Virus record (IMG/VR): IMGVR_UViG_3300021963_000157
Span: 1 to 55,548 of that record
DNA: 55,548 nucleotides
Strand: one strand, 5' to 3'
From: a virus
Taxonomy: Duplodnaviria > Caudoviricetes
The position numbers and the translations under genes are program-made. The notes under the pieces are model-generated. The model saw nothing but the letters and a program-made list of their open reading frames with translations. It did no database searches and was not told the origin of the DNA. Positions 36,947 to 46,300 of the stretch are shown in pieces. How positions within the stretch are numbered: the stretch's first letter is position 1; each line of letters begins with the position of its first letter.

Positions 36947-37251
36947 TTTACATCGTGGATATTGACGGCACTATATGTTCTATGGAATTTGATGTCGACG
37001 GTAATGTAGATTATGCTAAAACAAAACCGTATATGGATAGAATAGCTAAAATCAATAAGTTATTCGACGAAGGACACGAAATACATTACTACACAGCACG
37101 TGGATCGCGTTCAGGCATTGATAGAACCGAAATCACACATAAACAGATGGCTGACTGGGGAGCAAAATATACTAGTCTCCAACTACGTAAACCACATTAT
37201 GACCTATGGATCGATGATAAGTCTATACATCCGGAGCAATTTTTTAAATGA
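36943..37251 (+). CDS. Small HAD-family phosphatase (102 aa), candidate GmhB-role heptose bisphosphate phosphatase
   Basis: VDIDGTI (motif I), YYTARG (II), KP (III) and WIDDK (IV). The substrate is inferred from operon context only. Confidence 0.7.
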   Translation: MIYIVDIDGTICSMEFDVDGNVDYAKTKPYMDRIAKINKLFDEGHEIHYYTARGSRSGIDRTEITHKQMADWGAKYTSLQLRKPHYDLWIDDKSIHPEQFFK

Positions 37252-38138
37252 TAATCGTAACCGGCGGAGCAGGATTTATTGGTTCTAATATTGTAAAAGA
37301 ACTAAATCGCAGATCTATAACAGATATATTGATTGTTGATGAGCTGGACAGCGGAAAAGAAAATAATATTAAAGAATTAAAATTTTCTAATATAGTTTCA
37401 CCAGAAAACTTTTACGGAATTTTCGATCACTGGCTTAAGGTGGAAGCTATATTTCACGAAGGTGCGATATCATCAACTACAGAAACTAGTCAAGACAAGA
37501 TTGAAAAATCTAATTTACAGCCGAGCTATTGGTTGATTGAACAAGCAGTTAAAAATAATTTAACTTTATCATATGCTAGTTCTGCTTCTGTCTATGGCGA
37601 TAGTAATACGTTCAAAGAAAAACAACCTTTGAATCCTAGATCTTTATATGCTACTAGCAAGATGTTGATAGATCAATATGTCTACTCTACACTATTAGAT
37701 TATCCCAATGCTCGCATACAAGGATGGAGATATTTCAATGTATACGGACACAACGAATCTCATAAAAAAGATCAAGCCAGTCCTATAACTAAATTCAAAC
37801 AACAGGCGATCGAAACAGGTAAGATTAAAGTTTTTAAGAACAGCGAAAATTTCCAACGAGATTTTATCTGTGTTGATGACATAGCACAGATCAAAACAAA
37901 AATGATCGATAAAAATGTAAATGGAATTTTTAACTTAGGTACTGGATCTTCTATTTCGTTTCGATCTGTTGCCGAATTGATCGCTAAAAAATATTCTGCT
38001 GAAATAGAAGAAGTTGATTTTCCTAGTAATCTGATAAATCAATATCAGAAATATACCTGTTCAGATAATACTGAACTTTATAAAATTTTAGGAGATTATG
38101 ATTTTATGACCGTTGAAGCTTTTCTTTCAACGTTGTGA
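37248..38138 (+). CDS. hldD: ADP-L-glycero-D-manno-heptose 6-epimerase
   Basis: IIVTGGAGFIGSNIV, IFHEGAISSTTE, YASSASVYG, YATSK, RYFNVYG.NE.HK, RDFI, GIFNLGTG and YQKYT motifs. Confidence 0.9.
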   Translation: MIIVTGGAGFIGSNIVKELNRRSITDILIVDELDSGKENNIKELKFSNIVSPENFYGIFDHWLKVEAIFHEGAISSTTETSQDKIEKSNLQPSYWLIEQAVKNNLTLSYASSASVYGDSNTFKEKQPLNPRSLYATSKMLIDQYVYSTLLDYPNARIQGWRYFNVYGHNESHKKDQASPITKFKQQAIETGKIKVFKNSENFQRDFICVDDIAQIKTKMIDKNVNGIFNLGTGSSISFRSVAELIAKKYSAEIEEVDFPSNLINQYQKYTCSDNTELYKILGDYDFMTVEAFLSTL

Positions 38139-38370
38139 TTCTTTTTTCTAAATCAACTCTTAGAGATTTTAATCTATTTCTTTCTTCTGTTTGACGAGCA
38201 ACATTAGAAAAGATTTCTATAGAGTCTGTTGACGCATCTAGCGATTTAGCCTGTGAGATAAATCTTTTGTAAAGACTTTCTAATTCTAAATCTTTAGTTT
38301 CTTTGATTGCTTGTTCGTATCGCTGGCAATCGCTGATAAAATTTTTACTTTTAGTAATAGATAGTTTCAT
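38104..38370 (-). CDS. Hypothetical protein (88 aa, helical)
   Basis: ATGA-coupled to the upstream minus-strand gene; fills the gap to hldD. Confidence 0.55.
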   Translation of the reverse strand: MKLSITKSKNFISDCQRYEQAIKETKDLELESLYKRFISQAKSLDASTDSIEIFSNVARQTEERNRLKSLRVDLEKRITTLKEKLQRS

Positions 38371-38753
38371 AATGAAGTCCCCATTAGTAATATAGTATCA
38401 ATTTTAGTTTTGATAATTTTATTTGTAAGGGTATTTTTTAAACCGGTGTGTACACCTTTTGGTAGTACATCGATCATAGTCCAACAAAAAGTTTGATTGT
38501 TTGACGGAACAAATTCTTGTTCAACTAAACATATATATGTGGAAAATTCAAAACCGCTATCTTGACTTAGATATAATTCAACCGGCACCAATCTAGCTTC
38601 TTGCCCATAATATTCTTGGATGATTGATTGAGCATCTTCGACAACAGATTTATCTCTAGGAAAACTAGGAACAGTCCATTTGAGATCTTCTAGAATCATT
38701 AGTACCCTAGAAGTTTTTTTAGATATGAAAAGTATACCGGCATGTTTCTGCAT
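38367..38753 (-). CDS. NUDIX-fold-like protein with a degenerate Nudix box
   Basis: AGILFISKKT.R...W..P...Y.C.V..EF.P...W.....LP..(L/V)H.G layout of phage NUDIX proteins, but without GX5EX7REUXEEXG. Start at 38753 (MQKHAG) is preferred. Confidence 0.5.
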   Translation of the reverse strand: MQKHAGILFISKKTSRVLMILEDLKWTVPSFPRDKSVVEDAQSIIQEYYGQEARLVPVELYLSQDSGFEFSTYICLVEQEFVPSNNQTFCWTMIDVLPKGVHTGLKNTLTNKIIKTKIDTILLMGTSL

Positions 38754-38764
38754 GCCTTTATATA

Positions 38765-40195
38765 TCATCCTTCTAAATCAAAACTCCAGTATCCGGCTGT
38801 ATATTCGCCCTCAAATGATTTAAGCCATTGCCCATCTTCCCATTTGTACTGGACACCAGTTTTAAGATTTTTAATGTAGTATGGTTCGTTATGTTCAATC
38901 AACGGATCAAAAATTATTGTCCAGCTAGCCCCATTCCATTCAATTATAGAATTTGCCGCGGCTACAAAATCCGAATCATCAGAATTTTTCCATGCGTCAG
39001 CACCGTCGACATTACTTTCTGATCCAATATCTTCCAATATTAGATATTTTGTTCCTAGAAGTAAACTTGTTCTAGGGTCATATGTCTGCGGATTTATGAT
39101 AGCGTTAATGATTAAATCGGTCTGAGGTTCAGAATCAGAATCAAAATCTACTACTAAAAATTGTGAATCTACTTCATTAATACTAAATGTGCCTACCAAC
39201 TCATAGCCGCTTGGCTGTAAGAATCTAATTCGACTGATACCAGGACGATATTTTCCATACTGAGGAATAATTTTATTCCAGTCGATCACGGCAGCAGTCT
39301 TTTTAGGTATGTCTAACCCGCTTTCAACGACAGCTTCATTAACATCTAAAGCACTAACGTAGTATGAACCTGTCTCAACACCCGTAACAGTCTTTGATGA
39401 AAGCAATAATACGCCAAAGTTTCCAGGAGTAGTAATAATTGATGTTGATTTGATATCTTTAGAATCAACAGGACTATTAAATGCTAGCTCAGCCAATGGT
39501 TTCAACTGCCCATCATCGTCGAACATATTCATGATAATATTTTGTACAACGCCAAGTTTCTTAACTTTAACTGGCGGGCTAATGTAGATTGGCATTTCAA
39601 AATCCAATGAACATATATCTATATCAACTTCGGTGCCTTGGGGAATCGCTCGCGAAGTAAAGTTAGACGCTGTCAACTCAACAACACTAAGACTGGTCCA
39701 ATCAATATAATTGTCTGTGGTTTGTACTTCTAAACTAGGATTGAATAACACTAAAATTTGTTCTAACAACTGGAGTTTTTGATCTGTATTAGAACTCCAA
39801 ATGTCGGCTCTCATGCTTAGTTTAAATGGTGTAGGCATCAATCGTTCAATGGTATACCCACCACCTTGCGTATTATCATATATCGGTTGACCTGTTTCGT
39901 CATCGAACGATTCAAAAGACCTACCACGGATGCTAACTTTACTAACATAACTTGCATCAGCTAATCTATTTCTATCTAATTCTATTCCAGTTATGTAGCA
40001 GGCAATCTTAGGAACGCTAGGCATTTTGTTTTCAGAATTTTCTCTGATAATCTGTGCTACCTGTTTAGTGAGATCACCGTAGGCTACCGGAACTTGTTTT
40101 AAAGATCCATCACCTGCTTGATACTTAAAACCAATAAAGATACGCATAAACTGAGTTACGTATCGTCTTATCTGTCCGTCATAGAAAAAATCCAT
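38765..40195 (-). CDS. gp15: Tail completion / sheath stabiliser (T4 gp15-like)
   Basis: FFYDGQIRRY..QF..IF, VPVAYG, P.P..L....DIW..N.DQ.LQLLEQILVLFNP. Located next to the neck genes. Confidence 0.75.
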   Translation of the reverse strand: MDFFYDGQIRRYVTQFMRIFIGFKYQAGDGSLKQVPVAYGDLTKQVAQIIRENSENKMPSVPKIACYITGIELDRNRLADASYVSKVSIRGRSFESFDDETGQPIYDNTQGGGYTIERLMPTPFKLSMRADIWSSNTDQKLQLLEQILVLFNPSLEVQTTDNYIDWTSLSVVELTASNFTSRAIPQGTEVDIDICSLDFEMPIYISPPVKVKKLGVVQNIIMNMFDDDGQLKPLAELAFNSPVDSKDIKSTSIITTPGNFGVLLLSSKTVTGVETGSYYVSALDVNEAVVESGLDIPKKTAAVIDWNKIIPQYGKYRPGISRIRFLQPSGYELVGTFSINEVDSQFLVVDFDSDSEPQTDLIINAIINPQTYDPRTSLLLGTKYLILEDIGSESNVDGADAWKNSDDSDFVAAANSIIEWNGASWTIIFDPLIEHNEPYYIKNLKTGVQYKWEDGQWLKSFEGEYTAGYWSFDLEG

Positions 40196-41409
40196 TATTC
40201 ATCCGCCTTAGGTCTTAGTGCTTTGCTCAAGCTCTGTTTTTCTTTAACCAGTTTGCCGTCTATCATACGTTCATTAGTGTTATTGATAAACGTGCCTTTT
40301 TGGTTTTGTCTTGTATCTCTGCCTTCGAATCTTTCTCCAGATTCGGTATCAGAAGTTCCAAGATTGCTCATGGTCATTCTTACATTGTCTTCGTATTTGA
40401 CCCAACGCTTGCCATTAAATCTAAACAATCTCTTAGGGAAATAATCTGTTCTGAGACAGAACTGTCCTTCTACAGGGTTGCCAGGGAATGTAATACCGCT
40501 AGTAAAGGGAGCACCATTTGGAGTTGCTCCATCTTCGTGATAATTTTGATATCCGTCTTTGGTAGGCGTTGCTATGATAACGCTGGCATCTACCGCAGTA
40601 CTTTCGTTGCTGGCTTCAATGTCCCCAGCGTCTGTAGTAACTAGTTTTACATTTCCTTGCTCATCTAACGGTACGGTATAATACATTGTAGTATCATAGC
40701 CACTCTTAGGAGCATCCGATTCGGCTTGATCCAATACTGCTTCAGTAATACGCATCTCTGTTTCGTAGGTGCTCATTATATCACGTAAGGTAGTATTGTT
40801 ATCTTCTCCGGTGTCGTCAGCTAACCCGTCTAGAATCTGTTTGAACTCCTGACTGTCTACTAACGGAGTACATTTTGCTCTATATAAATGCGGATACCAT
40901 GTGGCCGAAAACCCTTCTGCGGCTCGACTAACTTCTTCTATGACATAAAATCTTTTTAGAGCAAATTTTAAATCGTTTAGGGCATTGTAATCTTTCAAAT
41001 GCGGTAGCTCAATAACGTCCCCAGCCAACAGTTTTCTACCTATTTTTTCTACAGTATCGTTAATATGGAAAGTGATAAAAACTGTGTCGTTCTGTAAAAA
41101 TAAACCAAACTGTGATAGATTAAAATCGAGATCGCTTATGTTGTATACGCCTCTCAAAATGTATACATCGGGATCGTATTTTCTGTCTCTGTTTTCTAAA
41201 AACAACAAATCTTGTATTTGTAACTCAGGAATCCCGCCAGTATAAACCGGTGTTGTAGGTGTGCTAGAACCGGGCAACGGATCACCGGGTCCTATATACT
41301 TGTGAACTAAAACATCTGTACCACCAACTTGGAACATTTCCCAGATATTTTTGTCTATAAATTTGTAATCATTGCCTTTTTCGGGCTTGTATAAACTGAG
41401 TCTTGGCAT
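40195..41409 (-). CDS. gp14: Neck / head-closure protein (T4 gp14-like)
   Basis: DLLFLENRDRKY, LSQFGL...D..FITFH and GDVIELP motifs. Lies between the gp15-like and gp13-like genes. Start MPRLSL at 41409 (alternative ATG 41415). Confidence 0.6.
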   Translation of the reverse strand: MPRLSLYKPEKGNDYKFIDKNIWEMFQVGGTDVLVHKYIGPGDPLPGSSTPTTPVYTGGIPELQIQDLLFLENRDRKYDPDVYILRGVYNISDLDFNLSQFGLFLQNDTVFITFHINDTVEKIGRKLLAGDVIELPHLKDYNALNDLKFALKRFYVIEEVSRAAEGFSATWYPHLYRAKCTPLVDSQEFKQILDGLADDTGEDNNTTLRDIMSTYETEMRITEAVLDQAESDAPKSGYDTTMYYTVPLDEQGNVKLVTTDAGDIEASNESTAVDASVIIATPTKDGYQNYHEDGATPNGAPFTSGITFPGNPVEGQFCLRTDYFPKRLFRFNGKRWVKYEDNVRMTMSNLGTSDTESGERFEGRDTRQNQKGTFINNTNERMIDGKLVKEKQSLSKALRPKADE

Positions 41410-41416
41410 AGTCATA

Positions 41417-41437
41417 TATTTACCGCTGTAATAAATA
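41417..41437. promoter_or_regulatory. Back-to-back divergent late promoters
   Basis: TATTTA at 41417-41422 (TAAATA on the minus strand) and TAAATA at 41432-41437, within a 33-nt gap between divergent ATGs. Confidence 0.75.
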
Positions 41438-41442
41438 CTAGC

Positions 41443-42207
41443 ATGAGCCAACTAGATCAAGAAAAACAAAAAGTATTCGACTATTGTCGCTTAATGCTGG
41501 GCGACGGCATGGTTGACGTAGAACTAGACCCCCAGCACTACGAAACAGCAATTCAGCGTAGTTTAGCAGTTTTTCGGCAACGAGGGGATAATTCTGTAGA
41601 AGAAAGTTTTGCGTTTTTAACCCTATCTGAAGATCAAAACGTTTATACTTTACCAAACGAAATCCAAGTAGTTCGAGAAATTTATCGACGAAGCATTGGA
41701 TCTAGATCAGGTGGAGGTAACGGCGGAACAGTGTTTGAACCGTTTAACTTAGCTTATACAAATACCTATTTGTTATCATCTACTAATATGGGCGGACTGT
41801 TAACTTATGAGTTGTTTGCTGGTTATCAAGAACGTGTGGGTAAGATGTTTGGTAGTTTCATACAGTTTACATGGCACGCTCAATCTCACAAGCTAACCAT
41901 ACATCAGCGTCCTAGAACTGATGAAGAAATCATGCTTTGGTGCTACAACACACGACCAGACGTGGCTATCCTAGTTGATACTTACGCCGGGCAATGGATC
42001 AAAGATTATACATTAGCCAACTGTAAAATGATGCTTGGCCAGGCCCGAGAGAAATTTGCTCAAATTGCCGGCCCGCAAGGTGGTACATCATTAAATGGTG
42101 CTACACTTAAACAAGAAGCTCAGGCTGATATTGAAAGACTAACAGCAGAATTGGTTAACTTCGTCCCCGGCCATGCTAATGCTGGATATACTTTCGTAGT
42201 CGGTTGA
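41443..42207 (+). CDS. gp13: Neck protein / head-tail adaptor (T4 gp13-like)
   Basis: YC..MLG...VDVEL, WIKDYTLA.CK..LG....KF..I.GP.GG..LNG..L..EA..DIE.L..EL. Confidence 0.8.
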   Translation: MSQLDQEKQKVFDYCRLMLGDGMVDVELDPQHYETAIQRSLAVFRQRGDNSVEESFAFLTLSEDQNVYTLPNEIQVVREIYRRSIGSRSGGGNGGTVFEPFNLAYTNTYLLSSTNMGGLLTYELFAGYQERVGKMFGSFIQFTWHAQSHKLTIHQRPRTDEEIMLWCYNTRPDVAILVDTYAGQWIKDYTLANCKMMLGQAREKFAQIAGPQGGTSLNGATLKQEAQADIERLTAELVNFVPGHANAGYTFVVG

Positions 42208-42232
42208 CCGTAAAATAAAAAACTGCTACAAT
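42204..42232 (+). promoter_or_regulatory. Sigma70-type promoter for the dNMP kinase
   Basis: TTGACC (42204-42209), 17-nt spacer, TACAAT (42227-42232) with an extended TG at 42224-42225. AGGAGA RBS at 42245-42250. Confidence 0.7.
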
Positions 42233-42254
42233 ATTAGTATTGTTAGGAGATACT

Positions 42255-42914
42255 ATGATTATTGGAGTATGCGGTTTTATTGGTTCGGGCAAAGACACTA
42301 TTGCCGATTATCTTGTAAACTTTCACGAATTTAGACGCGAGTCGTTTGCCAACACATTAAAAGATGCTGTGGCATCGGTATTTGGTTGGGACCGAATTAT
42401 GCTAGAAGGGCGTACTAAAGAAGCTCGAGAGTGGCGTGAGCAAGTAGATCCGTGGTGGGCAGAACGTCTATCAATGCCTACGTTAACTCCTAGGTGGGTA
42501 CTACAATACTGGGGCACAGAAGTTTGCCGCAAGAGTTTCCATGATGATATATGGATCGCCAGTCTAGAAAATAAACTCCGTAACTCCAAAGATAATATAG
42601 TGATATCAGACTGTCGTTTTCCCAACGAGATAGCCAGTATTAAAAACGCCGGCGGAATCGTAGTACGTGTAGTTCGCGGTCCTGAGCCCGAATGGTATCA
42701 AGATGCGGTAGCGGTAAATGCGGGTCCTAAACATATAAATTGGGCGTTAAGCAAAGACAGATTAACACAATTTAAAATCCATGCTTCGGAAACTGCTTGG
42801 GTAGGTACTAAGTTTGATGCCGTGTTAGATAACAACGACGGTATATCGGACCTATTTGAAAAGATAGAAGGATTGATTAAAAATCAGCAACAAGATCGCC
42901 TTGTTTCCATTTAA
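42255..42914 (+). CDS. Deoxynucleoside monophosphate kinase (T4 gp1-like)
   Basis: GFIGSGKDT P-loop, SFA..LKD, TPRWVLQYWGTEVCR, ISDCRFPNE and HASE motifs. Confidence 0.9.
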   Translation: MIIGVCGFIGSGKDTIADYLVNFHEFRRESFANTLKDAVASVFGWDRIMLEGRTKEAREWREQVDPWWAERLSMPTLTPRWVLQYWGTEVCRKSFHDDIWIASLENKLRNSKDNIVISDCRFPNEIASIKNAGGIVVRVVRGPEPEWYQDAVAVNAGPKHINWALSKDRLTQFKIHASETAWVGTKFDAVLDNNDGISDLFEKIEGLIKNQQQDRLVSI

Positions 42915-43212
42915 TGCCTTCTTTAGCTAACACTCGTTGACAGTTAGCACATACTGTTTTTAGATTAGCGATCTTACAGTTATTAAGATCTTCATCGACA
43001 TGATAAACTGCGAAAATTTCAGGATGCGGTGATTTAAACCCGCATTTGTCGCAGGCATTCTTTTTCCTATATCCTGCTCTATACCATCTAGGTATGCCGT
43101 GATACTTTCCGTGCTTTAAACAAATTTCGCAAAGAGATCTATAATAGATTCTCTTTTCTTTGCGATAGTTTATAGCAGCCGGTCTTTGTCCGCATTTACA
43201 TAGGGGTCTCAT
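42877..43212 (-). CDS. Zinc-finger / HNH-like protein (111 aa)
   Basis: CKC, CEIC, CDKC and CANC pairs, plus VYHVD....N....NL..VCANC. Start MRPLCKC at 43212, 5 nt after a minus-strand TAAATA. Confidence 0.7.
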   Translation of the reverse strand: MRPLCKCGQRPAAINYRKEKRIYYRSLCEICLKHGKYHGIPRWYRAGYRKKNACDKCGFKSPHPEIFAVYHVDEDLNNCKIANLKTVCANCQRVLAKEGIKWKQGDLVADF

Positions 43213-43217
43213 ACATC

Positions 43218-43223
43218 TATTTA
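43218..43223 (-). promoter_or_regulatory. Putative late promoter (TAAATA, minus strand)
   Basis: TATTTA on the plus strand, with 5 nt to the ATG at 43212. Confidence 0.65.
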
Positions 43224-43288
43224 AAGAATTTGGACCTTTTTCACCCCTTTTCCGATAGTTTAAACTCTGTGTTTTTTGGTTTACTGAA

Positions 43289-43294
43289 TAAATA
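43289..43294 (+). promoter_or_regulatory. Putative late promoter (TAAATA) for the tail sheath
   Basis: GAATAAATATT upstream of an AGGAG RBS (43316-43320) and ATG 43329. Confidence 0.7.
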
Positions 43295-43328
43295 TTATAC
43301 AAGATTCAAACCATCAGGAGACAACGGA

Positions 43329-46300
43329 ATGGCACTTAATTCACCAGGCGTAGAAGTTACAGTAATCGATGAGAGTTTTTATACTCCAGCTGAAAGCAGC
43401 ACAACTCCATTAATTGTAATTGCTACTGCAGAAAATAAAGCAAACGCTAGCGGAACAGGTACCGCACAAGGTACACTAGCAACCAACGCAGGTAAAGTAT
43501 ACAAAGTTTCAAGTCAAAGAGAACTTGTTGATTTCTTTGGCACCCCGACATTTAGGAGAACAATATCGGGTTCCCCAATACACGGGGACGAAAGAAACGA
43601 ATATGGCTTACAGACAGCCTATAGTTTCTTGGGATCTGCTAATTCTGCCTATGTAGTCAGAGCAGCAGTAAATTTAGATGACCTAACTGCTAAATCAGAA
43701 ATTCCTGGTTCTGAAGCAACAAGCGGTCAGTGGTGGTTAGATACTCAAAGTACCAACTGGGGTATTTTTGAGTGGGATTCAGCTCCTGCCGGATTAGCAG
43801 GACAAAAATTTAATAACAAAGTGCCCGTTGTCATCACAGCAGAAGATACAGAAAGTCTAAACGGAACCCAACCAGCTAGTGGTGTTGGTCGAGTCGGTGA
43901 CTATGCTGTGGTTACAGCGTCTGATGTTATCAGAGTCTATTACAAAGGCAAAGATTATACTACAGTAGGCGAACCGGTATCGTGGGAATTGCTAGGAACA
44001 AAAGAGTGGCGTAAGTTTTGGCCATCATTTACAGCCGAAGTAGACGGACATTCGTCAAAAACAAGTTCGTCAACTTTTATTATTAATGGAGTACAGATTA
44101 ACGTTCCAGCTTATACAACTGTAGGCGGCATGGTTACATTGATTAATAATGCTTTAATCCAAGGTGTTAGAGCAGCCACCGTAAACGGGTTTGTAACACT
44201 ATACATTACAGATGCCACAGATGACATGGTCGGTGATTCAACAGGCAGCAATGCTCTTGTGCTAGAAGACGGATCAGCTACTGTGTTAAGTTTATTCGGT
44301 GTTGCAGCAGGAACATATTATGGTCCAGAATTATCAATGTCGCCGCACACACAGGTTCCTCAATGGAAATCAAATGCTGCTATCTCCAGACCAAGCGGAT
44401 CTATATGGGTTAAGACAACCGATCCTAATCTTGGAGCACGTTGGAGAGTAAAACGTTGGAATAGTTCTTCTAAATCATGGTTAGAAGTAGCTGCTCCTTT
44501 ATCGGCTAACGCACAAGGTGCTATCTTTGGAGTTAACAAAACAGGCGGTGGTGTTGGGATTGATAAAGACACAGTGTATGTACAATACAATTACACTGAA
44601 GATACTGGCTACGATAACACACCTCAAACAGCCAGCTTTAAGATTTTTGTTAGAAAGATCAAAGGTGCCACATCTGTAACATCTGATACAATTGGAGCAG
44701 GAACATTTAGTGGTTCTTACACATTTAGTATGAGAGAAAGTCTTGTTAATAATGCTAGTCTTTCAAGTGCCATTTCAATAACTTTTACCTCAGCAGGTAC
44801 AGGTGCGGATGCTAATACACTAAGACAAGCTATCAACAATGCTGGTTTTGTAAACGTTGAAGCTACAGTACTAGATGGTAAAATTACAATTACTCATAAA
44901 CTAGGCGGTGAGATTAGAATTATCGACGGCGATGATTTGTTTACTGATGCCGGTTTTGTTGAATATAATGTGACAGACGCTACAGGAACTCCTAATTTTT
45001 ACGGATCACCAAGTGTCAGCAGTGATTTTGATTATGTAATCAGTAATTATATGCCATTGTCTGGTACATCTACAGGATATGTAGCATCTTCAGATGCTCC
45101 GTTAAACGATCCGGCAGATGGTCAAAGATGGTTTAACAGTTTAATTGATCAAACAGATATCATGATTCATAATGGATCAGCATGGGTAGGTTACAGGTAT
45201 AGTGGTAGTGGCGGTATTGCTACTACAGCATCCCCAGTATATGCCAACGGTACAGACCCGATGGGGCCAATTGTTAATTCTGTTAGACCATTGCTACAAA
45301 GCGACGGTACCGCACTTGTGACTGGTGATTTATGGATTGATGCTAGTGATTTAGAAAATTATCCGGTAATCTACAAATATCAAGACGGCTTAACTGACCA
45401 GATAGCAAATAATTGGGTATTAATTGACAAGAGCGATAGCACATCAGAAGATGGTATTGTGTTTAGTGATGCTCGATGGGACTTAAATGGCGAGTCAAAA
45501 GATCCTGCCACAATCTTAGAATTGTTAAGCAGTGATTTTGTAGACTACGACGCACCAGATCCCGATCTATATCCAAGAGGTATTTTGTTATTCAACACTC
45601 GTAGAAGCGGTTTCAACATTAAAAAGTATGTTAGAAATCATGTTGACACATCGACAGACAACGGTCGTTACGGTGATGAGTCAATGATAGATTATGAGTC
45701 AGCACGTTGGGTATCTGATTCAGGCAGCGACTTTGGTCGTAAAGCACAGCGTCAAGTGGTTGTTGAGGCGTTGAAGGGGTTATTAAATTCTAACTCTGAA
45801 ATACGTGAAGACGAAGTACGCAATTTCAATCTTATTGCTACACCAGGATATCCCGAAGTACTACAAGAAATGATTGCTCTAAACATTGATCGTGGAACAA
45901 CAGCATTTGTGGTAGGCGATGCTCCTTTCAGATTACTTCCAGATACTAATTCATTAAACAACTGGGGCAAAAACGTTAATGCTGCTACTGACAACGGAGA
46001 CGTGGGCCTAGTTAGCTCAGATGCGTATGCTGGAGTATTTTATCCAGCAGGTTTAACCAGTGACAATACTGGTAACACAATCATGGTACCACCAAGCTAC
46101 ATGATGTTAAGAACTATTGCTCTAAATGATCAAGTATCTTATCCATGGTTTGCTCCTGCTGGTATTAGACGAGGTGGTGTTACTAATGCTACATCAGTGG
46201 GGTACCTAGAAAGCAAAACAGGACAATTTAAACCTGTAGCATTAACAGAAGGACAGCGTGACACATTAGCGAATATTAGAGTTAATCCTTTAACATTCTT

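Noticed and set aside
43230-43328. Upstream extensions in the ORF track for the sheath (43230), HNH-like (43302), gp14 (41451), hldC (35453) and secreted peptide (54805) genes
   Set aside because: The extensions run through promoters, terminators or opposing genes. Downstream ATGs with an RBS or promoter spacing and family-typical N-termini fit better.
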